A DNA stretch of 64,000 bases from an uncultured SAR86 cluster bacterium (GTDB lineage: Bacteria; Pseudomonadota; Gammaproteobacteria; Magnimaribacterales; D2472): NCBI GenBank assembly GCA_902632555.1, contig CACPCZ010000001.1, positions 98,572 to 162,571 of the forward strand, read 5' to 3'. Made by a program: the position numbers and the translations under genes. A model generated the notes under the pieces. The model saw only the letters and a program-made list of their open reading frames with translations, was not told the origin of the DNA and did no database searches. Below, piece by piece: positions 28,775-41,298 of the stretch (its first letter is position 1; each line of letters begins with the position of its first letter).

Positions 28775-30109
28775 TTAATTCAGCAAATCATTAATTTCTA
28801 CGATATCACTTGGATCAATAGTTCCTGCTGCGAGAGCCAGTCTTAAATTTGCAAGAATGTAGTCATATTTTGCATTTGCTAGATTTTTTTCAGCGCTATA
28901 GAGATTTTTCTCAGCTTGAAGTAAGTCAACAACATTTCTTGTTCCAACTTTATATCCAACTTGTGTGGCCTCTAAAGCACTGGTTGCAGAAATCACAGCT
29001 TGTTTTTGCGCTGTAACATTTGCAACTAAAGTATTTACATTAGAAAACTGTGATCTAACTTCTTGGATTATTCTTCTTTCAGTAAATAGTGTATTTTCAT
29101 CCGCTTGATTATATTGAGAGTAAGCTTGTTTTCTTCTTGAGCTTACAGCACCACCCTGAAAAATTGGAACACTCAATTGTATTGCATAATTTCTTCTGCC
29201 CGTTACAGCCGGAACTGGAATTCCTTGACCATTAATACTGAAGCCTTCATAGTTAAATTGATTAGTTTCTGATTCTGAGCCAGAACCTACTATGTCAATT
29301 TTTGGTAAATGATTTGACGCAGCGCTTCTCGCATTACTTTTTGCAGCATCCTTTCTTAAATATGATGCTTTAAGTTGATAATTATTTTTTAGTGCAAGCT
29401 CAACCCAATCCTCTTTAGAATTAGGAAAAGGTGACGATATTTTAAGATTTTCGCCAAGCTCAGCAAGAGAAAATATTTCTCTTCCAATGAGAGCATTCAA
29501 AGCTTCTTTAGCAGAAAATAAATTTCCTTCATTATTTATCCTTGCAGCTTTACTTAAGTCATATGCCAGCTGAGCTTCTTGCACACCAGTTATAGCAGAC
29601 AAACCTACTTCATATCTTTGTTGTGCTTGATCTAATTGTTTTTTTATTGCTTTTTCTTCAGAAATTGATGCATTTAAATTATCTATAGCTCTTAAAACGC
29701 CAAAATATAGTTCTGCAGTTCTTACTAAAAGATTTTGTTGCTCATATGCAAATTCTGCTTCAGAGGCATCGGTAAGAGACTTTGACCTTTTAAAATTGAA
29801 CCAGCTATCAAGTCTAAATAAGGGTTGCGAAACTCTTGCAGATTTGGAGAATGAATTATAGTTTTGTTGAAGTTTGTCATTTTGATAATATTCATTCCAA
29901 TTCGTTGATCCACTCAAAGTTATGCTAGGTAACAAAGCAGCACGACCTTGAACAACTATTTCCTTATCAGCAAGATAGGAATATTCTGCTGCACGAAATG
30001 TTGGATCGTTTTTGAGAGCTTCATTGTAAATATCTAATAAGTTTTCTGATGAAAGATATCCACATGAAAAAATTACTAAAAGTAGTTTGCTGAATAAATT
30101 TATAGGCAT
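28775..30109 (-). CDS. tolC: TolC-family outer membrane channel
   Basis: LLDIY..AL.NDP, RYEVGL, GYKVGTRNVVDLL repeats. Confidence 0.9.
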   Translation of the reverse strand: MPINLFSKLLLVIFSCGYLSSENLLDIYNEALKNDPTFRAAEYSYLADKEIVVQGRAALLPSITLSGSTNWNEYYQNDKLQQNYNSFSKSARVSQPLFRLDSWFNFKRSKSLTDASEAEFAYEQQNLLVRTAELYFGVLRAIDNLNASISEEKAIKKQLDQAQQRYEVGLSAITGVQEAQLAYDLSKAARINNEGNLFSAKEALNALIGREIFSLAELGENLKISSPFPNSKEDWVELALKNNYQLKASYLRKDAAKSNARSAASNHLPKIDIVGSGSESETNQFNYEGFSINGQGIPVPAVTGRRNYAIQLSVPIFQGGAVSSRRKQAYSQYNQADENTLFTERRIIQEVRSQFSNVNTLVANVTAQKQAVISATSALEATQVGYKVGTRNVVDLLQAEKNLYSAEKNLANAKYDYILANLRLALAAGTIDPSDIVEINDLLN

Positions 30110-30319
30110 ATTATTATTTTAACTCATTTAATGTGTGCAGTGTAAACATTATAATAATTTATATTACATTTATCTTTTTATAGACAATTAATTGTCATGA
30201 AAAGTAAATTCTAACGTTTTTTTCTGCCGATTAGAGTAGAATATCGAATAATTCAAAAACTTTTATGAAATATAAAATTAAGAAAAGTTTTTTAAAAATA
30301 ATCTCACAGGCAAATTAAA

Positions 30320-32212
30320 TTGGCCAAGAATACCTACGACTCAAAAGCAATTGAAGTTTTATCAGGATTAGACCCTGTTAGAAAAAGGCCTGGTATGTAT
30401 ACAGACACATCATGTCCTAATCATCTAATTCAAGAGGTACTTGATAATTCAGTTGATGAAGCAATTGCAGGACATTGTTCTAACATTAAAGTAAAGATAC
30501 ACAAAGACGGAAAAATTCAGGTTGCTGATGATGGGAGAGGAATGCCAGTTGATATTCATCCAGAACATAAAGTTTCCGGGGTAGAACTTATTCTATGCAA
30601 GCTTCATGCAGGCGCAAAGTTTTCAGGCGAGGAATATAATTTCTCCGGTGGTCTTCATGGTGTGGGCGTTTCAGTCGTTAATGCTTTATCTGAGACTTTA
30701 AAGGTCAACATTAAAAGAGACTCTAAAGAGTATGAGATGCACTTTAATAACGGTGATAAGAAAAAGGAACTTAAAGAAATAGGAGATGTTGGTGCAAGAA
30801 ACAGTGGAACAACAATTACCTTCAAACCAAATCAAAAATATTTTGAATCAGAAGAAATTAAATTAAAAGAATTAAAACATGTTCTCAAGGCTAAAGCTGT
30901 TTTATGTCCAGGTCTTACCGTAGATTTTCATCATGAGAAAAAATCAGAAAAAATTAGATGGTTTTTCGAAGATGGTCTCAAAAGCTATCTTGAAGACTCT
31001 TCTGAGGACCTTGAATTAATTTTAGATGAATCAATTGTCTCCTCAAAAAATTCTGATACTCAGGAGGTTGATTTTGTAATAAATTGGCTAAATAAAAATA
31101 ACAAAAATAAACTGGATGAAACATATGTGAATCTTATACCTACAGCACAAGGAGGCTCACATTTAAATGGCTTTAAATCTGGATTACTGGAGGCGATGAA
31201 AGAATTTTGTGAAATTAGAAGTTTATTGCCAAAAGGTCTGAAAATTAATGCAGATGATGTAATAAATAATGCAACATTTGTAATTTCATCAAAACTACAA
31301 AATCCTCAATTTGCAGGACAGACTAAGGAAAGATTAGACTCAAAAGATCATATGTCTTTTGTTAGCAGCACAACAAAAGATATCTTAAGTATTTGGTTTA
31401 ATACACACACAGAAGAGGGGGAGAAAATTGCAGAGCTGGCAATTTTTTCGGCACAAAGTCGTGCCAAAGCTTCTAGCACTGTTGAAAGGAAAAAAACATT
31501 TAAAGGGCCTGCATTGCCTGGAAAGCTGTCTGACTGTAATAGCGAGGATTTAAATGAAACTGAGTTGTTCTTAGTTGAAGGTGACTCAGCTGGGGGTTCA
31601 GCAAAACAAGCTAGAGAGAGATCATTCCAAGCAATAATGCCACTTAGAGGAAAAATTTTAAACACCTGGGATTTAGAAAGTGCAGAAATAATTAAGTCTC
31701 AAGAAATTAAAAATCTTTCGACCGCAATTGGTGTTTTGCCTGGAAACTCTGATATTTCAGGATTGCGATATGGGAAAATTTGTATACTAGCTGATGCAGA
31801 CTCTGATGGACTTCACATTGCGACATTATTATGTGCATTATTTTTACGTCATTATAAAAATCTTGTTCAGGACGGTAGAATTTTTATAGCTATGCCTCCT
31901 TTATATAGGATTGATTGTGGAAAAGAAGTTCAGTATGCATTGGATGAAACTCAAAAAGATGAAGTCGTGAAATTATTTAAATCAAAAAAAGGTAAACCAA
32001 AAATTAATATTCAAAGATTCAAAGGATTAGGCGAGATGAATCCATCACAACTTAGAGAAACAGTAATGGATCCTAATACAAGACAACTCGTAAGGTTATC
32101 TATTTCAGCTACTGATAATGCAAACGCAATGATGGATTTACTGCTCTCTAAAAAAAATGCACCAGCTCGAAAAGAATGGCTTGAAAAAAAGGGATCATTG
32201 GTGAGGATATAA
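30320..32212 (+). CDS. parE: DNA topoisomerase IV subunit B
   Basis: [52 protein letters not shown]; adjacent to parC. Confidence 0.96.
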   Translation: MAKNTYDSKAIEVLSGLDPVRKRPGMYTDTSCPNHLIQEVLDNSVDEAIAGHCSNIKVKIHKDGKIQVADDGRGMPVDIHPEHKVSGVELILCKLHAGAKFSGEEYNFSGGLHGVGVSVVNALSETLKVNIKRDSKEYEMHFNNGDKKKELKEIGDVGARNSGTTITFKPNQKYFESEEIKLKELKHVLKAKAVLCPGLTVDFHHEKKSEKIRWFFEDGLKSYLEDSSEDLELILDESIVSSKNSDTQEVDFVINWLNKNNKNKLDETYVNLIPTAQGGSHLNGFKSGLLEAMKEFCEIRSLLPKGLKINADDVINNATFVISSKLQNPQFAGQTKERLDSKDHMSFVSSTTKDILSIWFNTHTEEGEKIAELAIFSAQSRAKASSTVERKKTFKGPALPGKLSDCNSEDLNETELFLVEGDSAGGSAKQARERSFQAIMPLRGKILNTWDLESAEIIKSQEIKNLSTAIGVLPGNSDISGLRYGKICILADADSDGLHIATLLCALFLRHYKNLVQDGRIFIAMPPLYRIDCGKEVQYALDETQKDEVVKLFKSKKGKPKINIQRFKGLGEMNPSQLRETVMDPNTRQLVRLSISATDNANAMMDLLLSKKNAPARKEWLEKKGSLVRI

Positions 32213-32213
32213 C

Positions 32214-34460
32214 ATGGCAAAAGATCAATTCGAATCAATAAGTCTTAAAAAGTATGCTGAGGAATCGTATTTAAATTACGCAATGTATGTGATTCTTGAT
32301 CGCGCTCTTCCAAATGTTGGCGATGGCTTAAAACCTGTTCAAAGAAGAATACTTTACGCAATGTCTGAGCTTGGACTTGATGCAACTGCAAAGTATAAAA
32401 AATCTGCAAGAACTGTTGGGGATGTGATTGGTAAATTCCATCCTCATGGCGACAGTGCAGCATATGAGGCTATGGTTTTGATGGCTCAAAACTTTTCTTT
32501 TAAATATCCTTTAGTAGATGGCCAGGGGAACTGGGGATCACAAGATGATCCAAAATCATTTGCTGCGATGCGGTATACCGAATCTAAGCTGACAGGATTT
32601 GCAAATTTGCTTATTTCAGAACTTAAATCAGGTACTGTAGATTGGCAGCCAAATTTTGACGGATCATTACTTGAGCCAATAATTTTTCCTTCAAAAATTC
32701 CAACGATTCTCTTAAATGGTACATCAGGAATTGCTGTTGGTATGGCTACGGATATACCATCTCATAATATCAATGAAGTCATAGATGCAACTATTAAATT
32801 GATAGACAAACCTAAGTCTGATTTGAAAGATATCTTAAAAATAATTCGTGGCCCAGATTTTTCTAATCATGCTTCGATCATTGCAAGTGCTGACGAACTT
32901 CAAGAAATGTATTCGACTGGAAGAGGTGGTTTTAAAATCCAGGCACATTGGGAACAAGAAAAAAATCAAATAATAATTAATGCTTTGCCATATCAGGCAT
33001 CTGGATCAAAAATACTTGAACAAATTGCCGATCAAATGGTGAATAAAAAATTACCGATGGTTGTTGATCTTGCTGACGAAGGAGATCATGTAGAACCTAT
33101 AAGACTGGTGCTAACTTTGAAATCTAATAGAGTAAATGCAACTGACCTGATGAATCATTTGTTTGCCTCAACTGATCTACAAAAGTCATATCGTATGAAT
33201 ATGAATTTAATATCATTGAAAGGTGGACCTAAAGTGTTCTCTTTAGTGGATCTTTTGAAAGAATGGCTTACTTTTAGAAAAGACACTGTAAGGCGAAAAT
33301 TAGAACATAGACTTGATCAAGTAAACGATAGACTTCACATTTTAGAAGGCCTTTTAACTATATTTATTGACATAGACAAAGTAATAAAGATTATAAGAAA
33401 TTCAGAAGAGCCAAAAAAGGATCTTATAAAGAAATTTAAATTATCCGAATTACAGGCTAACGCGATTTTAGAGATTAGGTTAAGGCAACTGGCTAAATTG
33501 GAGCAAATAAAACTAGAAAACGAAAGAAATGAGTTAGTTGCTGAGCAAGATGAGATTGAAAAAATTCTTAAGTCTAAATCAAGACTTAAGACACTTATTA
33601 AAAATGAACTTCTTGATATTAAAGAAAAATTTGGCGATGAGAGAAAATCACCAATTTTGGCAGAATCAGAAGCAAAAGTTTTTTCTGAGGAAGAAACTCT
33701 TATAACAGAACCTATAACAGTTGTTCTCTCAAAAGCAGGTTGGATAAGAAGCGCAAAAGGCCATGATATTGATCCTACTACGTTGTCATACAGAGGTGAT
33801 GATTCTATTCAAGATTTTTCAAGAGGCAAAAGTAATCAACTTGCGATATTTCTTGATTCAAACGGAAAAGCATACTCTATACCTAGTCACTCTTTGCCTT
33901 CTGCAAGAGGCATGGGTGAACCAATAACAGGAAGAATAAATGCAGATTCCGGCGTGAAATTTATATCGACTGTAATTGGAAAGGACAATGATAGATTCAT
34001 GATTATGAATACTGCTGGTTACGGATACATTGCTGAATATCAAAACATGATTTCCAATAAAAAATCAGGACGTGCGTTTATGAGACTCCCAGAGCACGCA
34101 GAAATGTTGAGAGCAATTCCTGTTAGAGAAGATCATTCGCATATCGCTGCTGTTTCAAATATTGGAAAGCTATTAATTTTTGAAATTGCTGAACTACCAA
34201 TACTTGGCAAAGGAAAAGGCAATAAAATCATAAATATTCCAAAAGATAAACTTGCATCTGGTGAAGAGTTTATGGCTCATGCTCAACTTTTAGCTCTAGA
34301 CAGCTCATTAAGAATAGAAGTTGGCAAAAGGTTCGTCAGTTTAAAACCTAAGGATTGGTCAGAATATATTCTCTCAAGAGCTAAACGTGGTAAAAAAGTA
34401 GGCAAATTAATAAATATCGAAAGATTGATAGAGGAAGTTAATCCTCAGCAAGATAATTAA
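32214..34460 (+). CDS. parC: DNA topoisomerase IV subunit A
   Basis: [24 protein letters not shown] (catalytic Tyr). Confidence 0.96.
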   Translation: MAKDQFESISLKKYAEESYLNYAMYVILDRALPNVGDGLKPVQRRILYAMSELGLDATAKYKKSARTVGDVIGKFHPHGDSAAYEAMVLMAQNFSFKYPLVDGQGNWGSQDDPKSFAAMRYTESKLTGFANLLISELKSGTVDWQPNFDGSLLEPIIFPSKIPTILLNGTSGIAVGMATDIPSHNINEVIDATIKLIDKPKSDLKDILKIIRGPDFSNHASIIASADELQEMYSTGRGGFKIQAHWEQEKNQIIINALPYQASGSKILEQIADQMVNKKLPMVVDLADEGDHVEPIRLVLTLKSNRVNATDLMNHLFASTDLQKSYRMNMNLISLKGGPKVFSLVDLLKEWLTFRKDTVRRKLEHRLDQVNDRLHILEGLLTIFIDIDKVIKIIRNSEEPKKDLIKKFKLSELQANAILEIRLRQLAKLEQIKLENERNELVAEQDEIEKILKSKSRLKTLIKNELLDIKEKFGDERKSPILAESEAKVFSEEETLITEPITVVLSKAGWIRSAKGHDIDPTTLSYRGDDSIQDFSRGKSNQLAIFLDSNGKAYSIPSHSLPSARGMGEPITGRINADSGVKFISTVIGKDNDRFMIMNTAGYGYIAEYQNMISNKKSGRAFMRLPEHAEMLRAIPVREDHSHIAAVSNIGKLLIFEIAELPILGKGKGNKIINIPKDKLASGEEFMAHAQLLALDSSLRIEVGKRFVSLKPKDWSEYILSRAKRGKKVGKLINIERLIEEVNPQQDN

Positions 34461-34481
34461 ACATTAGAGGATAATATTAAA

Positions 34482-34964
34482 TTGGTTTCAGTTGAGAAAA
34501 ATAAATCAAGTTATCTCATATCTTTAAGTCCAAATAGCTCTCTTGAAGGTTTTGCAAGAATAATTTTTTTAGCAAGCATAACTTTTGTTTGCGGCGGAAT
34601 AGCAATTATGTTTTATTTTTTTGGAGCCTTTATGATACTTCCTTTTGCAGGGATAGAATTAACAATTTTGTTTATAGCTTTCTACCTGAGTTTTAAATGG
34701 AGCAGTAAAAAAGAAAAAATCTATATTTCACAAGAAATGGTTAAGATTGAAAAAGGTGTCAACAAGGCAGAATATTTGTGGGAGGAATTTAGAACGTTTA
34801 CCTCTTTTCAAATTAAAAAGGATGCAAATGAAATTCTCAGATTAAGTTTTCGGTCTAAGGGTGAGGATGTATTTGTTGGAGATTTTTTAAATGAAGATGA
34901 TAAGCAAAAATTGAAAAACGAAGTTGGATTCATAATTCAAGAGCTTAACTCTCAATTGCCTTAA
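34482..34964 (+). CDS. DUF2244-like membrane protein
   Basis: L.PN.SL, GAFMILPFAGIE, VGDFLNE pattern. Confidence 0.75.
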   Translation: MVSVEKNKSSYLISLSPNSSLEGFARIIFLASITFVCGGIAIMFYFFGAFMILPFAGIELTILFIAFYLSFKWSSKKEKIYISQEMVKIEKGVNKAEYLWEEFRTFTSFQIKKDANEILRLSFRSKGEDVFVGDFLNEDDKQKLKNEVGFIIQELNSQLP

Positions 34965-36217
34965 ACCTTCCAATCAGGCAACTTTTTTTTAACCATTTCA
35001 AGTTTTAACTTTTTAATTGAAGGAATCCCATTTTTGAAATCAGGAAAAGCTTCTCCTGCAATTAAAGGCCTTAAGTAATTAACGGCTTTATTAGTGACAT
35101 TAAAACCGTCAATTGAAATATAAGATTTGGGAAGTTTTTTTTCAACATTAGCAATTTTTGACAAAGGTGCAGGTTCTATTTTCCAAGTGTAATTATTTCC
35201 TTTACCTCTTTTAATTATTGGCATAACACCATTCATACCTTTTACAGCATATCTCACTGCATGCACTCCAACTGCTTCAGCATGAAGCAAGTCTGTTTTC
35301 GAAGCAATATGTCTAGCACTTCTTTGAAGATAGTCAGATACAGCCCAATGATTTTTTAGGCTTAATTTTTTACTTATAAGGCTAGCTAGATATGGAGCAA
35401 CACCACCCAGTTGAGAGTGCCCAAAAGCATCTTTTAAATCTGATTCTGCTAAAAAATGCCCATCTTTATTTTTAACACCCTCTGAAGTAACAATTACACA
35501 ATATCCATATTTAAGAACTATTTGTTTAACTTTGGACAAAAATTTATCTTCATTAAAAACAATCTCAGGAAATAATATTATGTGTGGAGCATCACCCTTG
35601 CTGGATCTTGCTAAAGCTGAAGCTGCTGCCATCCATCCAGCATGTCTACCCATGACTTCAAGTATAAAAACTTTTGTAGAAGTCTCAGACATTGATGCAA
35701 CATCTAGTGATGCCTCAAGTGTAGATGTTGCAATATACTTTGCTGCAGAACCAAAACCAGGACAGCAATCGGTTACTGCAAGATCATTATCAACAGTTTT
35801 AGGAATTGCTATACAGTTGATCGGATATCCCATCTCATCACTTATCTGAGAAACTTTATATGCCGTATCTGCTGAGTCGTTTCCCCCGTTATAAAAAAAA
35901 TATCCAATATTATGAGCTTTAAATACTTCAATTAGTCTTTGATACTCTCTCTTATTATCCGCTAGACTTTTTAATTTAAATCTACATGAACCAAATACTC
36001 CACCTGGTGTATTTCTTAAGTTTTTAATTGAAGATAAACTTTCCTTAGACGTATCAATGAGATCTTCTCTTAATGCTCCAAGAATTCCATTTTTCCCAGC
36101 TAAAACTTTACCAATTTTTGATTTATATTTTTTGCTTTCTAAAATTAATGCACCAGCGGTTGCATTAATAACTGATGTTACTCCTCCTGATTGAGCGTAA
36201 AATGCATTTTTTTTCAT
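34961..36217 (-). CDS. pfp: 6-phosphofructokinase, pyrophosphate-dependent type
   Basis: QSGG, GGNDS (Asp of PPi type), PKTVDND, EVMGRHAGW. Confidence 0.85.
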   Translation of the reverse strand: MKKNAFYAQSGGVTSVINATAGALILESKKYKSKIGKVLAGKNGILGALREDLIDTSKESLSSIKNLRNTPGGVFGSCRFKLKSLADNKREYQRLIEVFKAHNIGYFFYNGGNDSADTAYKVSQISDEMGYPINCIAIPKTVDNDLAVTDCCPGFGSAAKYIATSTLEASLDVASMSETSTKVFILEVMGRHAGWMAAASALARSSKGDAPHIILFPEIVFNEDKFLSKVKQIVLKYGYCVIVTSEGVKNKDGHFLAESDLKDAFGHSQLGGVAPYLASLISKKLSLKNHWAVSDYLQRSARHIASKTDLLHAEAVGVHAVRYAVKGMNGVMPIIKRGKGNNYTWKIEPAPLSKIANVEKKLPKSYISIDGFNVTNKAVNYLRPLIAGEAFPDFKNGIPSIKKLKLEMVKKKLPDWKV

Positions 36218-36269
36218 TTTTTTACTTTACCCACTTTGAATAAGATCTAACTGTCGTATTATAACTAAT

Positions 36270-37565
36270 ATGAGAATACATATCCTAGGCGTCTGTGGTA
36301 CCTTTATGGCGGGACTTGCTCAAATTCTTAAAGAGTCAGGTCATGAAGTAAGCGGATCCGATGCTCAGTTTTACTCTCCAATGTCAGACTATTTAAAAGA
36401 AATTAACATTAATACTGTCTTGGGTTATGAAGCTGCACTACTTCCTGATGCTGAATTGTATGTCATAGGTAACGCACTATCGCGAGGAAATGAAAGTGTT
36501 GAACATATATTGAGCAACAATCTTCCATACAAATCTGGGCCTGAAATTTTGGGTCAAGAATTATTCAATAGAAATGTTTTTGCTATTTCAGGAACTCATG
36601 GAAAAACTTCTACTGCATACATGTTGACACATATTTTTAATGATCAGGGTAGGGATATAGGATATTTGGTTGGTGGGATAGCAAAAAATTTTGACAACCC
36701 TGCAAGATTAGGAACTCATAAGTCTTTTGTGATTGAAGCTGACGAGTATGATTCAGCTTTTTTTGATAAAAGGTCTAAATTTATTCACTATCATCCAAAG
36801 AATTTAATAATTAACAATATTGAGTTTGATCATGCCGATATCTTTAACGACTTGAATGATGTAAAAAAACAATTTCATCACTTGGTTAAAATAGTACCTG
36901 AATCAGGCAATATTGTTTTTTTTAAAGATGATAAAAATACTGACGAAGTTCTACAAAAAGGCTCGTATTGTAATTTAATTGGCATTAATTCAGAAAAAAT
37001 AAAGATAAATATCAGTGAAAGAGAATTAGTATATGAAGGGAACACATACTCTTTAAAGGAATTACCTTTAATAGGTGAGCATAATTTCAAAAATTATGTA
37101 TGTGCAATACTGGCTGCTCAAATTGATGGAATTGAAATTCAAGACTCAATTGATTCTCTTCATAGTTTCCATGGCGTTAAAAGAAGAATGGATAAAGTTG
37201 ATGAAATTAATGAAACTAAGATATTTGACGATTTTGCTCATCATCCAACTGCAATAGATCTATCAACGAAAGCAATAAGAAATCAAAATCAAAATTGTAA
37301 AATTTTAGGCATTATTGAACTTGGCTCAAACACTATGTCATCCGGATATCATAAAGAATCTTTGCTTAAATCTTTCGATAGTATTGATAATGCACTTATT
37401 CTAGATTTAAAAGAATCTTATGAGGGCTCAAATATTTTTAATTCAATGAATGATCTCTTAGGAGAACTTAAAAATGTAGCACAAGACTATGATATTATTT
37501 TGATAATGACTAATAAAGACAGTCAAAAATTTATACAACCTTTAAAAAACTATCTTGAAAAATAA
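36270..37565 (+). CDS. mpl: Murein peptide ligase
   Basis: IHILGVCGTFM, GTHGKTST, EADEYDSAFFDKRSKF, DDFAHHPTAI. Confidence 0.93.
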   Translation: MRIHILGVCGTFMAGLAQILKESGHEVSGSDAQFYSPMSDYLKEININTVLGYEAALLPDAELYVIGNALSRGNESVEHILSNNLPYKSGPEILGQELFNRNVFAISGTHGKTSTAYMLTHIFNDQGRDIGYLVGGIAKNFDNPARLGTHKSFVIEADEYDSAFFDKRSKFIHYHPKNLIINNIEFDHADIFNDLNDVKKQFHHLVKIVPESGNIVFFKDDKNTDEVLQKGSYCNLIGINSEKIKINISERELVYEGNTYSLKELPLIGEHNFKNYVCAILAAQIDGIEIQDSIDSLHSFHGVKRRMDKVDEINETKIFDDFAHHPTAIDLSTKAIRNQNQNCKILGIIELGSNTMSSGYHKESLLKSFDSIDNALILDLKESYEGSNIFNSMNDLLGELKNVAQDYDIILIMTNKDSQKFIQPLKNYLEK

Positions 37566-38145
37566 TAACTTACCAATTTTTCCATTAGGAATTGTTGCCT
37601 TGCCTGGCACCATACACTACCTGCAAATTTTTGAACCAAGGTACTTAAAAATGGTAAAAAATTGTATGAGTAATAACTCTGGTTTTGTAATTGTTTTCCA
37701 ATCAGAACATTCCAATGGTGTAGATTTTGAAATCTCTAAGAAAGGTTCTTATGTTGAAATTATTGACTTTAATAATCTTCCAAATGGATTACTTGGAATT
37801 ACTGTGAAGTCAATGGAAAAAGTTTTAATTAAGGATTTAACGCAATTAAAGGATGGCCTTCATGTGGCAAATGTTCAGCCTGTTGTAGATCCTGAAGTAG
37901 ATGATCAAGCACTTTTGGCAGAATTTCCAGAACTCCCAAACATATTGTCACAACTTGTGAAACATCCAAAAATTAGTGAAATGCCCCTAAATGTCGATTT
38001 TAATTCTGCGGATTCAATTGCATATCATTTGGCTGGCTTAATTCCTATTCCATCCTCCAATAAACAAAGTTTATTAGAAGCCATAGATGCAGCTCAAAGA
38101 TTTAAGATATTGTCAAAATACATTGATGAAATGTCTTCAACATAG
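37555..38145 (+). CDS. LON peptidase substrate-binding domain protein
   Basis: LPIFPL...PG, LQIFEPRY..MV; no protease domain. Confidence 0.85.
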   Translation: MKNNNLPIFPLGIVALPGTIHYLQIFEPRYLKMVKNCMSNNSGFVIVFQSEHSNGVDFEISKKGSYVEIIDFNNLPNGLLGITVKSMEKVLIKDLTQLKDGLHVANVQPVVDPEVDDQALLAEFPELPNILSQLVKHPKISEMPLNVDFNSADSIAYHLAGLIPIPSSNKQSLLEAIDAAQRFKILSKYIDEMSST

Positions 38146-38148
38146 AGT

Positions 38149-38574
38149 TTATATGTTTATTGGAGGCTGATTAGATTTTTTTCTAAGCCAATTTATACCT
38201 TTTAAAACGCTTGGAATTGCGATGAATTTTTTTTCAATTGCATACTTTCCAGGGTAATTTGATAACATCAAGCCAATCATAATTGTGAAAACTCCCTGTC
38301 CAGGCAAAATCAACATAAATATACCCCCAATTATTAATGAGTATCCAAATATATTTTTAATTATTAATGATAGAAACCATAAAAAAGGATATTTTTTTTT
38401 AAATTTTGAATCTTCTTTTTTTATAAAATAATCACTTGGAATTAATGCAACTAGCCATTTGATACTTAGAAGACTAAATACAAAAATAACTGCAGATATG
38501 GATCCTAACCAGAAAATAAATTTTTTATAATTTGTTATAAATTGATATAGAGTGTCTAAATAGCTTATTTCCAA
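38149..38574 (-). CDS. PGPGW-like membrane protein
   Basis: IPSDYF, GIFMLILPGQG motif, INWLRKK. Confidence 0.7.
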   Translation of the reverse strand: MEISYLDTLYQFITNYKKFIFWLGSISAVIFVFSLLSIKWLVALIPSDYFIKKEDSKFKKKYPFLWFLSLIIKNIFGYSLIIGGIFMLILPGQGVFTIMIGLMLSNYPGKYAIEKKFIAIPSVLKGINWLRKKSNQPPINI

Positions 38575-38654
38575 AAATACTTACCTTTTTATAAATATAT
38601 GATTTAGTATATCAATTACAAAATTTTTTTTTAAAAACATTTTAAATATCTATC

Positions 38655-38999
38655 TTGTCAAAAAAGAAACTCACTGAAATTTGCATCAACAGTCTTTCTG
38701 ATAGTAAAGCTGAAAATATATTAAATCTAAATGTTAAGAATATTGCATCATTTACAGATGAAATTATCATTGCTACAGCAAGTTCAAATAGGCATGCTAA
38801 ATCGGTTTCAGAGAAACTGGTTGATAAATTAAAAAAAGATGAGATTGACATTATAGGTATTGAAGGAGAAGCAGAATCAGGATGGGTTCTTGTTGATTGC
38901 GGAAACATTGTGATAAATATTATGAAAAAGGATGAAAGAGACTTTTATGATTTAGAAGGGCTATGGGGCAATCATGATATACCTGATATTTCTAGCTAA
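38655..38999 (+). CDS. rsfS: Ribosome silencing factor
   Basis: KAENI, IATASSNRH, WVLVDCG, RDFYDLEGLW. Confidence 0.93.
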   Translation: MSKKKLTEICINSLSDSKAENILNLNVKNIASFTDEIIIATASSNRHAKSVSEKLVDKLKKDEIDIIGIEGEAESGWVLVDCGNIVINIMKKDERDFYDLEGLWGNHDIPDISS

Positions 39000-39463
39000 T
39001 GCATATTAAGATTTTAACGATTGGGCACAAATCAAATAAGTATGAGTCCGATGAGATTGCCTACTATGAAAAGCAATTACCAAAGAACTTGAAGGTTAAT
39101 TTTGTAAATATTAAAAGTGAGCAAAACCATAAACTTCAAAAGAACGAGATCCTCTCAAAAGAATCTAAACTGATTCTTTCAAAAATATCAGCATCGGACT
39201 ATGTTGTTTCATGGGATTCTAAAGGCAAACAATATACATCGAATGAATTTAGTGAGCTTATAAAAGAATCACAAGAGATAAAAAAACAGCTTATTTTTAT
39301 AATTGGAGGATCATTTGGACTTTCAGATAATGTTTTAAAAAGATCTGATTTAATAATATCTGCATCCTTACTGACATTTCCACATAGATTATTTAGACTA
39401 ATTCTGATGGAACAAATCTATAGAGCTTATACAATAATTAGTAAGAAAACATACCATAAATGA
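38999..39463 (+). CDS. rlmH: 23S rRNA pseudouridine-1915 N3-methyltransferase
   Basis: FIIGGSFG, TFPH, EQIYRA, YHK; follows rsfS. Confidence 0.93.
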   Translation: MHIKILTIGHKSNKYESDEIAYYEKQLPKNLKVNFVNIKSEQNHKLQKNEILSKESKLILSKISASDYVVSWDSKGKQYTSNEFSELIKESQEIKKQLIFIIGGSFGLSDNVLKRSDLIISASLLTFPHRLFRLILMEQIYRAYTIISKKTYHK

Positions 39464-41298
39464 TAGATTTACAAGAGAGATTTTCTGAGAGAAAGAACTT
39501 CTTTAATAGACTTATTTTAATTTATGCAGTTTTTACAGCATTATTTATATTTATTCTTTATAAGACTTATTCGCTGCAGGTATCAAGTTTTTCAGATTAT
39601 GAAATTGCTGCTTTAAAAAATAAGACAAGAGAAATTTTAATTCAACCAAGAAGAGGCATTATTTATGATAGAAATGGTGAAATACTTGTAAATAATGTTC
39701 CTAGTTATAATTTAATATTAAAGCCTGCATTCATAAATGATTTAAAAAATTTGCTCAATGAAATAGAACAATTTATAGAATTATCAAATGAACAAGTCGA
39801 ATATGTTCAGAACAATTTTCAAAAAAAAGCTTCTCTCAACAGGGAATTAGTTCTTAAGAAAAATCTAACTAAAGAGGAAATTGCAAAATTTGAAGTAAGA
39901 AGTCATAACTTTGAGAATATCTTTATTGGAGAGAGATACTCCAGAAAGAATTTATATCCAGATCTTTTTTCACATTCTATTGGGTATATAGGAAATCTTG
40001 ATAGTGATGGCCTTGAAAAAGTTCTCTCAGATCAATCATTGTTAGCAAAAGAAACTATTTTTAGCTATGCAAACGGTTTTATTGAGGGAAAAACAGGAAT
40101 TGAAAATATATATGACGAAAAATTAAGGGGTGAATTTGGAAAGAAAATTTATGAAGTTGATGCTACTGGAAAATTATTAGACGAATTAAACGAAGTTCCT
40201 GCAATAAATGGCGATGATTTTAATTCATCTCTTGATTTAGAAGCTCAAAAAGTGGCCTTCAACGCTATGAATGGTCGCAGAGGAGCTGTTGTAGCAGTTA
40301 AGATATCAACAGGTGAAATTATTTCTTATGTCAGCTCACCCTCTTTTTCAGTAAATAAAATTGCAAATGGATTATCGGAAAAAGAATTTCAGGAGTTAAT
40401 AGAGGATAAAAATAAACCTTTCTTTGATAGAGCTGTTCAAGGAAGATACTCTCCAGCATCAACTATAAAACCCGCCATAGGTTTATTTGGCATCGAAAAA
40501 AATATTATTGACTGGGATTACACTATAAAAGATCCAGGATTTTTTATCTTGCCTGAGGATAATAGAATATATAGAGGCTGGAAAAAAGGCGGGCACGGAG
40601 ACATAAACTTAAGTAATGCAATAATAGAAAGCTCTAATACTTTTTTCTTTTCACTTGCTTACCAATCAGATATAGATGACTTAACTTCACATTTATCAAA
40701 ATTTGGTTTTGGAAGAAATATTTGCAATGATTGTTTTTTACCTGATACAGGGCTCCTGCCTAGCCCAGCTTGGAAAATGAATACGCATAATTTTGGTTGG
40801 TTCAAAGGAGATACGGTAAATCTCGGAGTTGGACAAGGATATTTAAGTGCTACCCCGATTCAATTGGCATATTACGCAGCCATTCTTGCAAATAAAGGCT
40901 CAATTAATAGATTCTCATTTATTAAAGATAATAGTCTCAGTGAAGAGGATAAGCTTGTAACAAATAATATAAATATTTCTGATTGGGACAAGATGCATAA
41001 AAGCATGATAGGTGTAATCGATAGCCCAAAAGGAACAGCTGGTCGTCTGAGAAGTTTAAAAGATTATGCAATAGCTGCAAAATCAGGAACAGTAGAGCTT
41101 GTTAGTACCGATACAAAAGAAGACTATAAGATTATCAGAGAGAATGAAGGAAACAGAGATCATGCAATCATAATTGCTTTTGGTCCTATGCCAAATCCTG
41201 AATATGCCGTGAGTGTTGTGATTGAAAACGGCGAAAGTGGTGGATCCGTTGCAGGTCCTGTCGCAATAGCAGTTATGAATAGCCTAGTTAATAGATGA
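39460..41298 (+). CDS. mrdA: Penicillin-binding protein 2
   Basis: PRRG.IYDRNG, STIK, SSN, KSGT motifs; precedes rodA. Confidence 0.93.
   Translation: MIDLQERFSERKNFFNRLILIYAVFTALFIFILYKTYSLQVSSFSDYEIAALKNKTREILIQPRRGIIYDRNGEILVNNVPSYNLILKPAFINDLKNLLNEIEQFIELSNEQVEYVQNNFQKKASLNRELVLKKNLTKEEIAKFEVRSHNFENIFIGERYSRKNLYPDLFSHSIGYIGNLDSDGLEKVLSDQSLLAKETIFSYANGFIEGKTGIENIYDEKLRGEFGKKIYEVDATGKLLDELNEVPAINGDDFNSSLDLEAQKVAFNAMNGRRGAVVAVKISTGEIISYVSSPSFSVNKIANGLSEKEFQELIEDKNKPFFDRAVQGRYSPASTIKPAIGLFGIEKNIIDWDYTIKDPGFFILPEDNRIYRGWKKGGHGDINLSNAIIESSNTFFFSLAYQSDIDDLTSHLSKFGFGRNICNDCFLPDTGLLPSPAWKMNTHNFGWFKGDTVNLGVGQGYLSATPIQLAYYAAILANKGSINRFSFIKDNSLSEEDKLVTNNINISDWDKMHKSMIGVIDSPKGTAGRLRSLKDYAIAAKSGTVELVSTDTKEDYKIIRENEGNRDHAIIIAFGPMPNPEYAVSVVIENGESGGSVAGPVAIAVMNSLVNR

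Noticed and set aside
30254..30292. AAAAACTTTT/AAAAGTTTTT inverted repeat upstream of parE
   Set aside because: Low-complexity A/T stem, not distinguishable from background
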